The notes beneath the pieces were generated by a model that was not told where the DNA came from, did no database searches, and was given only the letters and a program-made list of their open reading frames with translations. The translations under genes and the position numbers were made by a program. This document shows positions 12,623 through 26,689 of a DNA stretch of 64,000 nucleotides, one piece after another. Position 1 is the stretch's first letter, and each line of letters opens with the position of its first letter. This DNA is from Paragordius varius (taxonomy: Eukaryota > Animalia > Nematomorpha), in NCBI GenBank assembly GCA_964247055.1, contig OZ176051.1:7006001-7070000 (forward strand), read 5' to 3'.

Positions 12623-15600
12623 TTACGTTCCCTCTTCCCCACCCGATAAAAAAGCTTCATCATTTGAATTTTCAGTAAAATTATTAATATTGTTATTATT
12701 GATTAATGTTGACCCTGTGTTTATAAGATTATTCGTAATTGGCGCCCTTTGACTACCATTTATAAGGGTTTCTGATGCCGTATTTTTCGTAAAATTACTA
12801 CTAGTACCTTCAGTGTTAATGGGATTAGAATTTATATCATTTGTTTGTTGCATATCAGCTACGATAGATGATGCATTCGCATTAAGTGATGTAGTTAACA
12901 GAGTTAATTGAGCAAACCCTGTAAGAGTTTTGGCATCAGGTATAGGAGTTGTAGTATTATCTGTTGAATCTCTCCGAAAACTAGCCTGTATACAATACAT
13001 TTAATATTTTTTTTATCATACCAAAATGTTCAAAAAGTAACGTTTGTTTGCAACTTTTAATGTTGTTCTTATTTTGATAAACTTAAAAATATTGTATAAT
13101 TACTAGAAAACGTTTAAAACATTAACTTTGTAGACATTTTTTTCGTATGGAAAGCTTATACTCATATTATAAAGGGCACAAAAAAATTGTCTTGCCATTG
13201 GTTTTTGACAAAAAATGTTATAGCAGCTATAAGGATATCGTAAAAAATGTTGACGGGTAAATAATAAAAGTATATTAAAGGTCGATTATGTTTTTTATAA
13301 CGAAATCGGTTTATTATATAAAAAAGAGACAACTCATTTGTGTAAATAACAGTGTATAATTTAATTTTTTTGTCAAAAAATGGATAATTAGGATATAACT
13401 CTAAAATTAATATACATATATATATATATACATTCTCCCATAATAAATATTTTTTTCCAAAATTTATGCGTAAATAAACCAAATTTTACCAAAGGAAATA
13501 TTAGTGTTGCTCCATCTTTGTACGGAGGCTTAATGATTTCATGTAAATTTTGTGTAACTGATTGTAAATCGACAGCCTCAATAAGACCAGCTCCTAATAA
13601 TTCTTGGGCAACGCCTTCATCGGTATCTTGTGGTTTATATTGAATGATAATTAAATTAAAATTCACCCTTGATAGAATTCACATTTAAATCTGAGTTTAT
13701 CTAAATTTGCTTATCAATTATACCTACTTGACTAATAACCTCATAATTGATGATTCATATTTGTTTTTTTTATATCATTTTAGCCCCAAATCGCAGAAAT
13801 TATTTTTGGGAATAAATTTATAAGAGTGATTTCAAAATAAAGTTGTGAAATGTAAATGGCATATATTTTTTTAAAAATTATTTATCCTTTAGAAAATATA
13901 ATTTTTTCAAAAATATGGTTAATATACCTGTCCCAGGGGTAAAATCGAATTTTATATCGTTCAATTCTTTTTTCGAATTTCTACATTAAAAAACTTGGTA
14001 AATGATAAAAATGTGTTTAAGGTTTATTTATATGGTAAAAGTTAAAACCTTTTAAAGCAAAAACCGTAAAAGTTCACATTCCAAAAATAAATGTAAAATC
14101 CAATTATATACAAATTATTTATTTCGTTTTAAATGCATAAAAAAGACAAATTAAAACAAAATTAATAAAGATTTTTAAATACCTACCTTATACGTAGAGC
14201 TAAATATAGTATAATATTGTTGTTATTAGTATTCTTTTCTTGTGTCTGTTGGGTTGATTGACCAATCTGTGCACCATTTGGAACCTAAATTTATTTTATT
14301 TCAAAGAAAATCGGTTTTATACAGATCAATACTAAAATTACATTAAATTTTTTGACCATTTTTGCAATAAAATAATTTATAGCCCGGTTTTTTTATATAC
14401 AAAATAAAAGATCTTTCTATTTTAATTTTATTTTATTATTTTACCAAAATTTTATATAAACAACATCATTTAACACTCCATTTACTTTTAGGGTAGTTTT
14501 ATATAAAAAGTGTTTAAAGTATCAAGCCGAATTTAAAAATATGCTTTCTTTGGGCTTTTAGGCGCATTATAAATTTTTTTAAAAATGTAAAATAAAAAAA
14601 TGCTCATCTCAAACTTTTTTGCCGCCATTTTTTCTATAATTTTTTTATATCGCTAATGCAACAGGCAATATATGTCTATTATGGTTAGAAAACGTAAATA
14701 ATTAACTTTAAAAAGCTTTCAAACCACAACCAGTAAAATTTTGATATATTTTAATATTAGCTGTTGTTTCAATCTTTAAGCTGTTCCAATTTTAAACTGT
14801 GAAAGTCATAAAACGGTTAAAAATATAAGCTTTTTAAAATCTAATATATGAGAACAATGATCGATAATAAAATGTTAACTAAAATAACCTTAAGAACCTT
14901 AGTTTATTTACAAAATTGAGCTCTCGGATATAAAACTACCCCAATATTTTAACTAGGACACATAAGTTAAAAACTAATGAAGTGTTAAAGAAAATATTTG
15001 AACTAATATTAAAATAACGGTTAAGGTATATTATTATATTATAAACACAACAATACTTACTTGATGGCTAACTGGATTTTCTTCATTAGAATCATGGGTT
15101 GGCATTTCTATCGTTAATCAAAAAATTTTTTGTTATAACAATATAACGATTTGTGTGCATTTATCAAAGTTTGTGAAATATATGTAGTAAGAAAATATTT
15201 TTAATTACTTTGATTTGCGGTTGAATTCATATTAGCATTTGATTTTAAATGCGATTGATCAAATGGTTGACCACCAATTTTTGTGATATTTGAATTCTAC
15301 ATATTTTAAAGATGGTTATTTTATAAATTGACATATTAGTGAATGAAAGTCATTATTGAGGCTTTTCCTAATACTATTTTTATAAACTCAGAAATAAAAT
15401 CCATTTTTTACCACAAAATTCGTAAAAATTATATTTAAACCTAAAATGTATTTCAAGCAATTTTGATTTTTGACAGCGATATACTTCGTTATGATATATT
15501 TAATACTTTGCCACTTTAAAAAAATTGTATTTTAATGATTGATTACATTAAATTTTTAATCGTAATATAAGGATACAAATTACGTTAAGTTAGGTGTAAC

Positions 15601-18600
15601 TTTCTGTAAATTTTATAGTTTGTGGATATTTTGGAACTGAGCCAAAAACAATTTTATTGGTAATTAGTAAAATAATAATAAATTAATTTTTCTGATATAA
15701 AGTCATGGTTGGAGTATTGAGTCATGTATTTTCCCCATGACCGGGATTATACAGGGGATTTATGAAATAGTATCGCAAGGAAAAGATATAAAACTTTACC
15801 ATTAAGATAAGTCAAAAGTTTAGAAAATACTCGTACCAAAACAAGATTTTATTTTACATTTATGCTTAAAACCACCAATAAAGTTTTGTTATAAAGCAGT
15901 AAAACAATACAATACAAAGTATAAATTACTGTAGTGCCAAACGATGATGTATGTGATGATAAATAAGATGTAGATAAATGAAGGTTATTATTATAACTAT
16001 TGTTAACATTACTATTGGAGTTTGGCGTTAAATGTGTTGAAACAAAATTTCTATGATCCCCCGATCCGGCAGATGAAATGGTTGCCTGATTAATATCCAG
16101 CGCTTCGACCCCAATTTCATGACCTGGTTCACGAATCTATGTTATTTGAAAATAAAAAAATTTTTTTTTCACAAATTTTTACCCAAAATTTACTATTATG
16201 AATTAAGCTGAATCAGTATGTTTTTAGAATAATATGATGTATATCAGCAAAATTAATAATAAATTTATTAACGAATTTTCGTTAGATTCCTCTAACTTCT
16301 TCGAATTAACACAAAAATAAATTTAAAATAAAGATACAAATTAAAATTATGATATATTTTATAAAAAGAAAGATGTATATCTATTTATAATTCCGTGATT
16401 GGGTTGATATGATTGATTTCTTTTTGTCGGTTTATTGGTTTATCTTCATTATTTACATAGTAGCTTTCTGAAGAAAATGACACCAAAAGATTATTAAAAG
16501 AAATAATGAAGATCAATTAATAAACCGACAAAAAGAAATCAATCATATCAACCCTATCACAGATTTTTTTATAAATAGATATACATCTTTATTTTAAAAA
16601 AATATTTCATAATTTTAATTTGTATCTTTATTTTAATTTTATTTTTATGTTGATCCGAAGAAGTTAGAGGAATCTAACGAAAATTCATTAATAAATTTAT
16701 TATTAATTTTGCTGATATTACATCATATTATTCTAAAAAATTTACTATTTTTTGCATAAATAAAAATTACAAATAAATGTGTGGCATAAATGTTTAAATT
16801 AAAAGAAAATGCAGTAGTGGTAGGTAGGTATTGAATTGGATTAATATTTTATAAATGTTTTGTTACTTACATCTAATTCATGTTGGTGGATAAAAAATAT
16901 CTTTGTAACCAATAAATTAAAATTTATGATTACCATTATTATATTAATATATATGTATACTCATTCGAAATACAATTTTTGTTTAAAAACAATAGCATCT
17001 TTAGGGAAAAAGTACTCAATATTTTAAATATATAATTAATATAAATAAAGTCAATCCCTTCATAACATTTTTAAACATAAATTTTTCACATATTTAATTG
17101 GTAAACTTGCAATAATAAAAACAATACAAATTATTTCATATTATCCATGGCACAAAATTCTAGATACATATCCCAAAACTAACCAAATTGAAGTTTATAC
17201 CTCAACCATTTTCTTTGGGGTGCTACCAGTGGATTTATCAATCTCCTGTTTTGGGAAGTTAAAACTAACAAGACCTGAATTATCTTTTTTCGTTTTTTGG
17301 CTTTCATTTAAAGCAACGTTTTTATTATCGGATCCACCATCAATGGGATTGTTTTCATCGCCTTCTGACCATTCCCATTCACCGGTTTCGGTGCGATGTA
17401 GTCGACCCACTGAAAGTGACGGTGTAGATTTCTTTAAATCAAAACCATGGAAAAAATTTAATATATAAAGTTTTAGAAATGTTAACAAAAGTTACAAAGT
17501 TGTGTTTTTAAAAAATAATATAAATTATAAATAATGAGAACCATGGTGATGTAGGCGACTCCTTCAAATCAACTATGAAAAAATTTTCGAAAAATAGTAA
17601 AAAAATGTTTTCACAATAGTTGTGTTTTTGATAATTCTATATTAGAATTATTAAAAACCAGAGCGATGTGATCGACCCATTGAAAGTAAATGACTGTATT
17701 ATTTTAGACACACAACAAAAAAATAATATAAAGTTATTAATATAAAAAAAGTTTTTAGGGATTAGGTTTAAGTAGATTATTACAGAAGATTAATGGAGAC
17801 AAAGTCGAAACACTGAAAGTGGTTAGATTCTTTAAACAGACAATACATCAAAATAATCAATTAAAAGCTAAAATATTGCATAAAACGGATTTTTTGTTGG
17901 TTGGAAATAGTAGAAATTATTTAAAATTTAAACACGATCTAGTCAACGCAGTCAATATGACAGTTTTTTTCAATGACAAACATAAAATAAATATTTTTGA
18001 AAAAATAACCTTTAAAACATGTGGTACTATTTTGGAGCTTTGACGTTGACATATAAGATTTTGATAAGTATATTTCTTATCTTTGGCTTTTTTGAAAAAC
18101 GGATGTTTAAGCAATTCGGTTGCTGATGGCCTAATTATATTGCACATAAATGGTGTTTTAAAAAAATGAGAAAGATTTACAAAAAATAAAAACATAAGAA
18201 CATAATATTTTTAATTAGCTTATTTAAATTGAACATGTTATGATTAAAAGGACCTAGTTTTAAATTATTATGGTATTGAAATCGTTTCCCCAAACTTTGT
18301 TTTCAGATAGAGCACTCATAATGTGTATGTGTGTAAAACAATTAAAAAGATAAAATAAATAAAGAAACTCAAAAACTTATTTAACAATATGATTAATTTA
18401 CATTTCGCCCCGACTGTATATATTAAAAATATAACCTTTTTTCCGGGTCCTTTTGTAGGCAATCGGAAATCATTTTACGAAAAACTTTGGTATAATTTTT
18501 GTATTGATCTTTATCCTCGGCGGCCGTATCAAGCGTGGGTGGATCATTAGATAATGTTAGCATTAACACCTACAAATATATATTCAAATAAATTTAATCA

Positions 18601-21176
18601 TCGCTCTAAATTTCCCTAATTCCAATTTGAATACAATAATAGTGTTTCAGTGTAAACCAGTGGTGGTCAACATGCGGCCTGACATCAAGTGTTGCCCACG
18701 AAAATCCATAATTTGCATTAATATGCTCAAAAGTCTTAACAAAATTGATAGTTATTACACATATTTTCCAATTAATCTATTTGATCGACATCGAACAAGA
18801 AAAAAAATGTTACATTGTGTTTCCATTTTACAGTCTTATACTTGAAATTTAATGAGATACTTATTAAAGCCCCTTTGTGTGCGGCCCGCCATTTTTTATT
18901 CGAAAAAGCGGTCAAAGAAGCCATTTGTGTTGGACACCTCTGGTGTCAACAATATCTAGTTAGCAATGTTTGATAAAAAATATATAATGCTTGAAATCAA
19001 TCAAAAAAGCAAAAAAAATCATCATGAGTGCTATAAGTTTGGACCCGACCGGTTAATGGATTAAGGACAGTGATTGTGATAAGGCTTGCTAAAACAACCG
19101 TGTGATCACATATACATGGGATCATTTTTAAATGGAAGTAGGAACAGGTCACATTGTAAAGTTTAATTAATTTTTTATTGATTTTTCAGCTATCGATATT
19201 ACTAAAAATATTAGAAGCAATGGCATTGAATTGGTACAACATATATTTTCCAGTATTAATATTTTAATTATGACCGATCATACCCGCATATTATAAGTAG
19301 CATACCGGTATTATTTAGTAAGAAACATTTTAAAACCGAAACCTAATTATATATATATTTATGAAAAAAGCGCGGAAGGCTTTTGGCAAAAAAGAATAGT
19401 TGGTTATCTATTTTTATTATTAAACAAGAATTCACATGACATGAGTACATTTTACATAATAATTATAGATAATCAAACATTATATAAATAAATACTCATA
19501 AGCAAATTATATCCACAATATAATGATTAAGGCAAAAAAATTTAAAATTGAATATTTTAGTTTATTTTTCAATAAATCTTAAATAATTTTAACCTTCATA
19601 GGGGGATATTTGTAGTAAGGTGCCGTCCCAGTGGCTAATTCAATAGCAGTTATTCCAAAACTCCAGATATCTGCTTTGGCGTTATAACCGCTAACCTAAT
19701 ATATATTAATACCGTTTTTAATAAAATATTTTTCCAATATATTAATATTCCGCATGAAGGTTTATGGTTGAAAAATTGATGATATTATCATTATATATTT
19801 TTTTTGCCATAATGAAAGAGTTATAACAAAGAATACTAATGTGAATGGTATAATGGTTATATGTTGAAAATTTTGTTTTATATATGTCATTATAACTTAT
19901 AACAAGCCATAATATTTGAAAAAAAAGAAACTTTCGAGATCATTAATTACAGCAATAATGAATATGGTTACGACATGCACTTAAAAAGGAAAAAACTATA
20001 AAAATACCATTTTAAAAAAACTTTTTGAGAAATGATGTTTCAAAAAAACTTTTCCAAAATTAAAAATATTTTTATTAAATTTAAAATAACACCTGTTCCA
20101 TAACTTCCGGTGCCATCCAACAAGGCGTACCCACAAAAGTGTGACGAATATTTCTCCGATCTAAGTTACCACCCGTGTTAATCCAGGAACTAACGCCAAA
20201 ATCTGTCAAAATTATCAAATATATAATTTGATAAATAATATAAAATCTAAATTTTATTGTTTAAAATTTATAAAATTTTAAAAATAGCAAATTTTAATCA
20301 TTAATAAAAAACATCCAAAAAGCTTATAATGTATTTGCAATATTTAATATACCAGCTATTTGAACACTCCCATCTTCTCCCAACAAAATATTCCCTGCTT
20401 TTATATCCCTATATGAATATATACAAAAAATATACATTATTTTTTCAAAACGTCATATTAAGATAAAAAATTCCGAAAATTTGTTAAATATTAGGTATTA
20501 TTTTATAAAACACTTTTAATGAACGAAAAAATTGATATAAAACCTTATGGCAAATATTTTTACCTATGAATTTGATTATTGTTGTGAAAATATTCAATGC
20601 CCTTAAGGACCTCTTTCATTATGGTGGCAATAAGCGTCTCCTCTAAAACACCATTTTTGCAATCTTGTGTACGCATTATGCGTTTAATTTCATCCAATAA
20701 AGAACCTTGATAACGATAATAATTGGTTTGAAATAAATGTGTTTTTTGACCATAAAAATAGTATAATAAAAAATTGCGATAAAATCTGTCATAAAATTTG
20801 TTTTTTAGATGACATACATAAAAACCTAATAAAATCTTAAAAAGCACCTCCTCTTAGCAATTCAATGACTAGCCATAATTCATCTTTTACGACAAACGAT
20901 GTGTAATAGCTAACAACATTTTCATGGTGACATTGGCTCATTACAGTAATTTCTTTCTGGACAGAAAAACAACAGTTAATAAACAAAATGTTTTTGGTAA
21001 AAGCCCCTAATTTAAATTTACCAATAATTCATCCATAGTTACATTGCACTTGTCGAGATTGATTCGCTTGACCGCACATCTTTCGTTTCGGGTTTTGCAT
21101 AAAGCTGATTGTACAGTTGCTGTAGCACCATAACCTATTTATAAAGAAAGAGATTTAATTATCAATATATATATTT

Positions 21177-21214
<38 letters not shown>

Positions 21215-21289
21215 ACCAATAATTTCCTGAAGCTCATAAGCATCTGGCTCATTCGGCCAAGGGATTTTTTTTGGTTCATGAAGTGCCAT
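12623..21289 (-). CDS. OXSR1: OSR1/SPAK-family STE20 kinase (GCK-3/Fray-like), multi-exon
   Basis: [25 protein letters not shown]|[29 protein letters not shown]; activation loop DFGVSSW...[18 protein letters not shown]; S-motif [15 protein letters not shown]; CCT domain LALRIR|[17 protein letters not shown]|[16 protein letters not shown]...[16 protein letters not shown]1 versus STK39 cannot be distinguished (invertebrates usually have one gene). Confidence 0.93.
14470..14988. mobile_element. TTAA-flanked MITE, second subfamily, in a kinase intron (related fragment at about 11165-11376)
   Basis: TTAACACT...AGTGTTAA ends with GGGTAGTTTTAT/ATAAAACTACCCC subterminal inverted repeat; 14760-14988 resembles 11170-11376. 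Confidence 0.6.
16221..16739. repeat. Long inverted repeat: about 235-bp arms, about 46-nt loop, in a kinase intron
   Basis: 16221-16454 is about 90% identical (by eye) to the reverse complement of 16501-16739. Confidence 0.92.
17385..17840 (-). repeat. Degenerate tandem copies of a kinase acceptor site plus exon start
   Basis: The authentic TTTAAAG|AAATCTACACCGTCACTTTCAGTGGGTCGACTACATCGC (acceptor 17432) recurs, decayed, at about 17538-17588, 17655-17710 and 17800-17838. Confidence 0.65.
18658..18942. mobile_element. hAT (Charlie-like) MITE with 8-bp TSD
   Basis: Ends CAGTGGTGGTCAAC / GTTGGACACCTCTG; flanks GTGTAAAC and GTGTCAAC (7/8 match); GCGGCC subterminal motifs. Confidence 0.75.
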
Positions 21290-21365
21290 CCCGAATCATA
21301 TGCTTTAAAAAGAGAATGAAACACAGCGGCTTTCATAAATATCAAATATTTCCACACAGAGGAAT

Positions 21366-21949
21366 TTAACACTTGGATTCAAATTGGGGTATCTAAATAC
21401 CCCAGACTAAATTTAAATTAATATTTTTAAAAAACTACTGAAGGAAATGATCCCAATTTAAATTTATGCTTCTATCCTGATAAAATTTATACAAATATGG
21501 CAAAATATCTTGATAAATTTTTGTTTTGAAAAAATTTCCATCTCAAACTACTTCGACGCCATTAAATTTTACAAATTTTTGCAAAATATCGTCTTAATTT
21601 AATTTTAGGGGTGAAACTAAAGCTCATTTTTAATATAAATTACATCTAACATTGATAGAAATAGAAAAAGCGGTTTATTTGTATTTTTTTTTAATTTTAC
21701 CATTTGACACATGTCACGTTGACGAAATTTTTACCTTTCGGTTTTAGCTTAAAATAAATAATATCAAGTATTTTTGAATAAAATCTTTTATATATTTCGG
21801 TTTACTATTGTTATGTAGGTGCAAGATTTTGCCATGGTTTTGATTCCTTCCATATTTTTTAAAGAATTTGATTTTAAACTGGCCTGGGGTATTTAACTAC
21901 CCCAATTTGAATCGAAGGACTAAAATAATGTGTTGTATCCAAGTGTTAA
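21366..21949 (+). mobile_element. Family A MITE, intact solo copy just upstream of the kinase start exon
   Basis: Perfect TTAACACTTGGAT / ATCCAAGTGTTAA inverted termini. Confidence 0.82.
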
Positions 21950-24474
21950 AGGTAAATATTGGTTTATAAAATCGTATTGTACATGATAAATACTGTTAGC
22001 ATAATAAATATGCATTGGTTAAATTAAGCTAGAATATTCATATGTTATATTTTAAAGAATATTATATCTATTAAACATTAGTATAAATGTATAGGATATA
22101 GTCGATAGGATTTATTTTACCTGTAAATGCCAAATATATCTTCATTTTAATTAATATATTTCTTACTTATCATTATATCCCTAGAAATCAACCCGACCCC
22201 CGACGCAACTAGACGGCTGTCACAGACTGGTGTATGAAATGGCAGCAAGAAGCGTCTTTTGTGGACAGTGGCGACGTGGGTCTGCTACACCCTTTTCTTA
22301 ATATACTGTCAAAATGGGTCTCAGAGAATACAAAAAAGCCTATATTGTATTTTAATTCACTAGGTGGAACCTTGCAAAGATATAAATTTTGGCTATTGGA
22401 ATTAAAACAGTCTAACACAGTATCATACTGTAAAAAAATATGCTAGATATACCTAAAAAATTTTAATAAATTATTTTACCTTCGAGTTTAAGTACATTCA
22501 AAAATAATTTGTTATGATTTGAAAATATATTTTAAATAACATTGCGTCACAGATATGAAGGAATAACCATTCTAATTAAATATATAATCTAATGGGAAAA
22601 TGTATCAAAATTATCATGGTGCTTGAGTCCTTATGAGTGATATAAAATTAAATTTATACTTTTGTGGCAAATGCCTTACATCCGAAAAAGCAATTGCCAT
22701 TTTGTATTTTATTATTTTGGTGACGGCTAAATGCAGAATTCCAAAAAATTTAGTAAAATACAATATAATTATATATAAAAAGCAAAATATTTTTAAAAAT
22801 TTAATTAGAAGTGAGCTCAATTTTTTGCCCTCACAAAATGGAGAAACCTAAAATAACCAAGATTTTGCGATAAGAAATTATAATATGTGGATTTATTAAA
22901 TAAAAGAATGAAACATTTGTTCTAAAATTAATATATAGGAATTTATTAAAGTGTGCCTCATGCTATTTCGAAACATCGTAACGGTAGAAAAACTCTTTAA
23001 GATATAAAAACACCTTGAAAATATAAGTCAATATACTCATTTCTATCACCTCCCCATTTATATTCATATTTGTTAGTCTTAAAATCATTGTTAAATATAT
23101 ATTTTTATAAAATTAAATTTAATTTGAGAAATAGATCTTTTAAATAAACTTCTCATATAAGGTGGGGTAAAAAAAATTTTTTGACTTGACTTGCAAGTTT
23201 TTCTCATCACTTGCTTTCATGTGATTAAAAAAATTAACATTAGAGGACTTAAGTCCAGCAAAAATACTTGATTCGGAGGTGATAAAATATCATATGATCA
23301 AGTTAACACTATTTAGCAAGTGTGGTGTAGTGCACACTTGCAGATTTGAAAATATGGATAAACTTATTTTAGAAACTATTTATGTAAATAATTTAGGTTT
23401 TATAAGTAATTAAAATTTATTTTAATGCTATAAACTGTTTTTTTAATATTTTTTAACTAATTGATCTGTTCAAATCGGGTGGATACAAGAGGTAATTTTT
23501 TAGAAAAACACTGCTAATATTTAAAAACAATGCATATAATATATGCTTAATTTATCAATTCAGTGAACCCATAAAAAAATTTGCTTCTCACAAATATCTA
23601 AAATAAATAATTAAATATTATATCTTCATATTACATAAAATGATAAATGAAGGTTACTTCACTACTATAACATGTAAAAAGTTAATTTCATCATAAATTT
23701 ATTTCGTAATGTAGATAAATAATCATAAAATTAATAATATGGTATATTGCGTAAACATCTTCCCATTAAAATTGCAAATTGGCGCCTAAAAAAATAAGTT
23801 TATGGTAAAATAATGTAGAGTGTTTTAAGGATGGTTTCCTCAATTAGTTGTCCTCAATATTTAGAAAAATCTTAATATTAAATAAAATACGTGCTACTGA
23901 GTTTATAAACTTCAATAAATGCTTATTGTATTGATTGTTTATCTTTTTCTGCTTATTTCATAAATTTTGGCTGAAATGATCAAAATAATTTTCGTAAAAT
24001 TGAATTGGACCCTTGCTGGCTTAAGTAACCTTGTTCAATTTGGTTTGCGACTTTTTAACCCCTCACCCATAGTGTTTACATGTCCCACCGTGCTTCAAAA
24101 TACCATGAAACTCGCATGAAAATTTTGCTAAAAAAATAATTTTTAGGCAAAAAATTTTTTTTGATGTCAAAATTTAGCATATTTATTTGCCTATTTTAGA
24201 CGGCTCCAAAAATGTATTTTGGAGCCTACTTCTAAAATTGAAATTTTATCAAATTGTTTTGCTTTTTATTGTACTTTATGATACTTTTTAGTGATATTTT
24301 TTTAAAAATAAGGCCACGTCACTTTAAAAATATAATTTAATAAAATGCGCATGTTTTGCCATTTTTTATATGAAGCAGTTGCCACAAAAATGTAAATAAC
24401 TTTCTTAAATCACTATTAAGGGCCAAAATCAGCACTATATTCCTGTATTATCCCTCCACCTTTCGAACTGTGCC

Positions 24475-24905
24475 AGATTATGACATTAAAAAATAAAATT
24501 ATTAAAACATTTTCTTAAAAAATTTATTTGGCGAAATTTTTTGGAAGCCCTCTTCATCGTATTTTGAACAATAACGGTGTGATAGTTTTTTTAGCTATGA
24601 TTCCGTATTCTATCCACAAGATTTGATTGGGGTTATTTGCTTTCAGTTTTTAGTTATAAAATTGTGATTTTATACTGTTTTTTCCTAATTTGAAAGCATA
24701 TCACACCAAGTTATAGAAATGTTCATCCTCGAATTATGTAGAAAAGTGTCGTCATATCTTGAAACATTATACCTTTTGACTATTCTTCAAAATAGCAAGG
24801 TGTACTTATCAACAAAATTTTGCCAAAATAATTTAAAATCATGTATTTCTTCAATTACTTTTTTTGTCATAATCTAACATGAATAGCGCAATACCGGCAT
24901 TTCTG
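24475..24905. repeat. Degenerate inverted-repeat element (old MITE); related fragment at about 10650-10710
   Basis: AGATTATGACA / TGTCATAATCT and TTTGGCGAAATTTT / AAAATTTTGCCAAA mirrored pairs. Confidence 0.35.
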
Positions 24906-26689
24906 TCTTTATTTTTTAAAAATTACCCAATTTCGATGACTCTAAAAATTTTCGACCATACCGTACGTTTAAATAAATTTAATACAAACTTGCTTTATAT
25001 ATCTTGTTTATGATATAACTTAATGATATTTTTGAAATAAAGCATTTAGCTTCCATTAAAGAAGATTTATAGTTTTTTGTTAAGAAGCAATTGCCTCAGA
25101 AGCTGAAATAATTTTCTCAAATCATTTGTAAGAAACACAATGACAATCCTGATACATTTTTATATTTGAATATATGTTTCGGCTTTTCATACCCATCGAT
25201 TTTTGCACTGTTTTTCCATAAATTGAGTTAAATAAAAACGAAGACCATTTTTTGAGGGACACATTGGGGCAAAAATTTACATTGGTTTTTCAGAGAACTT
25301 TATCCGCCAATTTTATATTATTGCTATTCATTTGTGTTTATTTTAAACTTGATATTTTATAGATCCTATTTTTGTTTATTTTTATATTGACCAAATTTTT
25401 ATACATAACTAAATTCCTTGCCAAACCCTGTTTTTGTCTAAAATAAATTTAGTTATTGTTGTATTATCAAATGTATATCAATACCGGAAATTGAAATATT
25501 ACTATGTTGACACATACATTATTATAGATGAAATCAAATAGAATTTGAGTGATGATTAGTGGTAACCACAAATCTATCTTTGGCAAAAAACTTTCAATTT
25601 TGACGTTAAATCGATATTATTTAAAACTATGTTTTTTTTCTTCATTTTTTCATTATTTTTTAATATTATGACCACAACTAAACTACACTCTCTACTTTAA
25701 AATTATAATTTATAATTTAATTATTAACTAACCAAATAGTTTTATATATAACCTTGTATGATTTTGTTCGACAAAAATATTTCTTATTATTGTTACATAT
25801 TCTTATTTTTGATAAGCTATGTATCCACTTATGTTAATAATTTCGATTTCAACACCCACTTAAATCAGATTCGTGATGAAGGTATATTATTAGATTATAT
25901 AAAGTTAAATTAAGATATACATTGTGCGATTTGTATTCAGAAATTTAAGATTTATATTATAGGTTCTCATTTAATCTATGCTCAATTTATACCAAATATT
26001 TTTTACTTGGTAAATGAGGGAAATTATTTACATATAACATTTACAAAAAAACTCTTTAGGCTAATGATGTGATAATCTTAATATATTAGATATCTGTGCA
26101 GTCATGCAATAAAAATATACAATGTGTTGTAAAGATATTTCGCATAATATTAAATATATATAGCTAAAATTTAATAATTCATTGATAAAAATAATTATTT
26201 TTGGGTAAATGTCCCAAAGTCTTAAATTTATGATAAAATAATAATATTTGATAACATTGGACTTAAATATTAGTAAAAAAGTTTTTAAAATTACAGTTTT
26301 TAAGTTCTAGCGTAAATTAGAAAGCACTTAATCCACATAAAAAACAACTGATGTTTATTAAAATATCCGATGTCGAAATATAATTAAAAGCATTCAAAGA
26401 TTAATCATTTTTTGACATTTTAAAAAATAGCGGTTAAGTTGGAGGGTTTTAAAAACTTATTTTTCAAAGCGTGTAAAATTATTCCGAGTTAACTAAGAGA
26501 GGACGTTAGCGAATATTACGCAGATGATTAATAATACAGACCCCATTTTGTTCACCTAACATTAAACAACCATAAGACACTAGTTGATTTCGCCAAAAAC
26601 TTTTATTAAATCTGCCGAGATTTATAATAGGACCATTTGCAGAACGCATTGCCAATAGCAAAAAAGGCGAAGTGCTGGCAGAAACATAA

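Noticed and set aside
13921-13985. GC-rich island first taken for a transposon end
   Set aside because: It is a 53-nt kinase exon ([19 protein letters not shown]).
22190-22300. GC-rich patch with a weak GTGTA/TACAC stem, considered as SECIS or snoRNA
   Set aside because: No convincing SECIS core or box motifs; more simply a promoter or UTR region.
22633-22851. 72-aa ORF with a hydrophobic stretch as the Ly6 signal-peptide exon
   Set aside because: Its GT donors are phase 0 while the Ly6 exon needs phase 1; only a weak alternative frame fits.
23326-24230. Short perfect hairpins (GCAAGTGTG/CACACTTGC; GGCTCCAAAA/TTTTGGAGCC)
   Set aside because: 9-10 bp stems in TE-rich DNA are expected by chance or as repeat debris.
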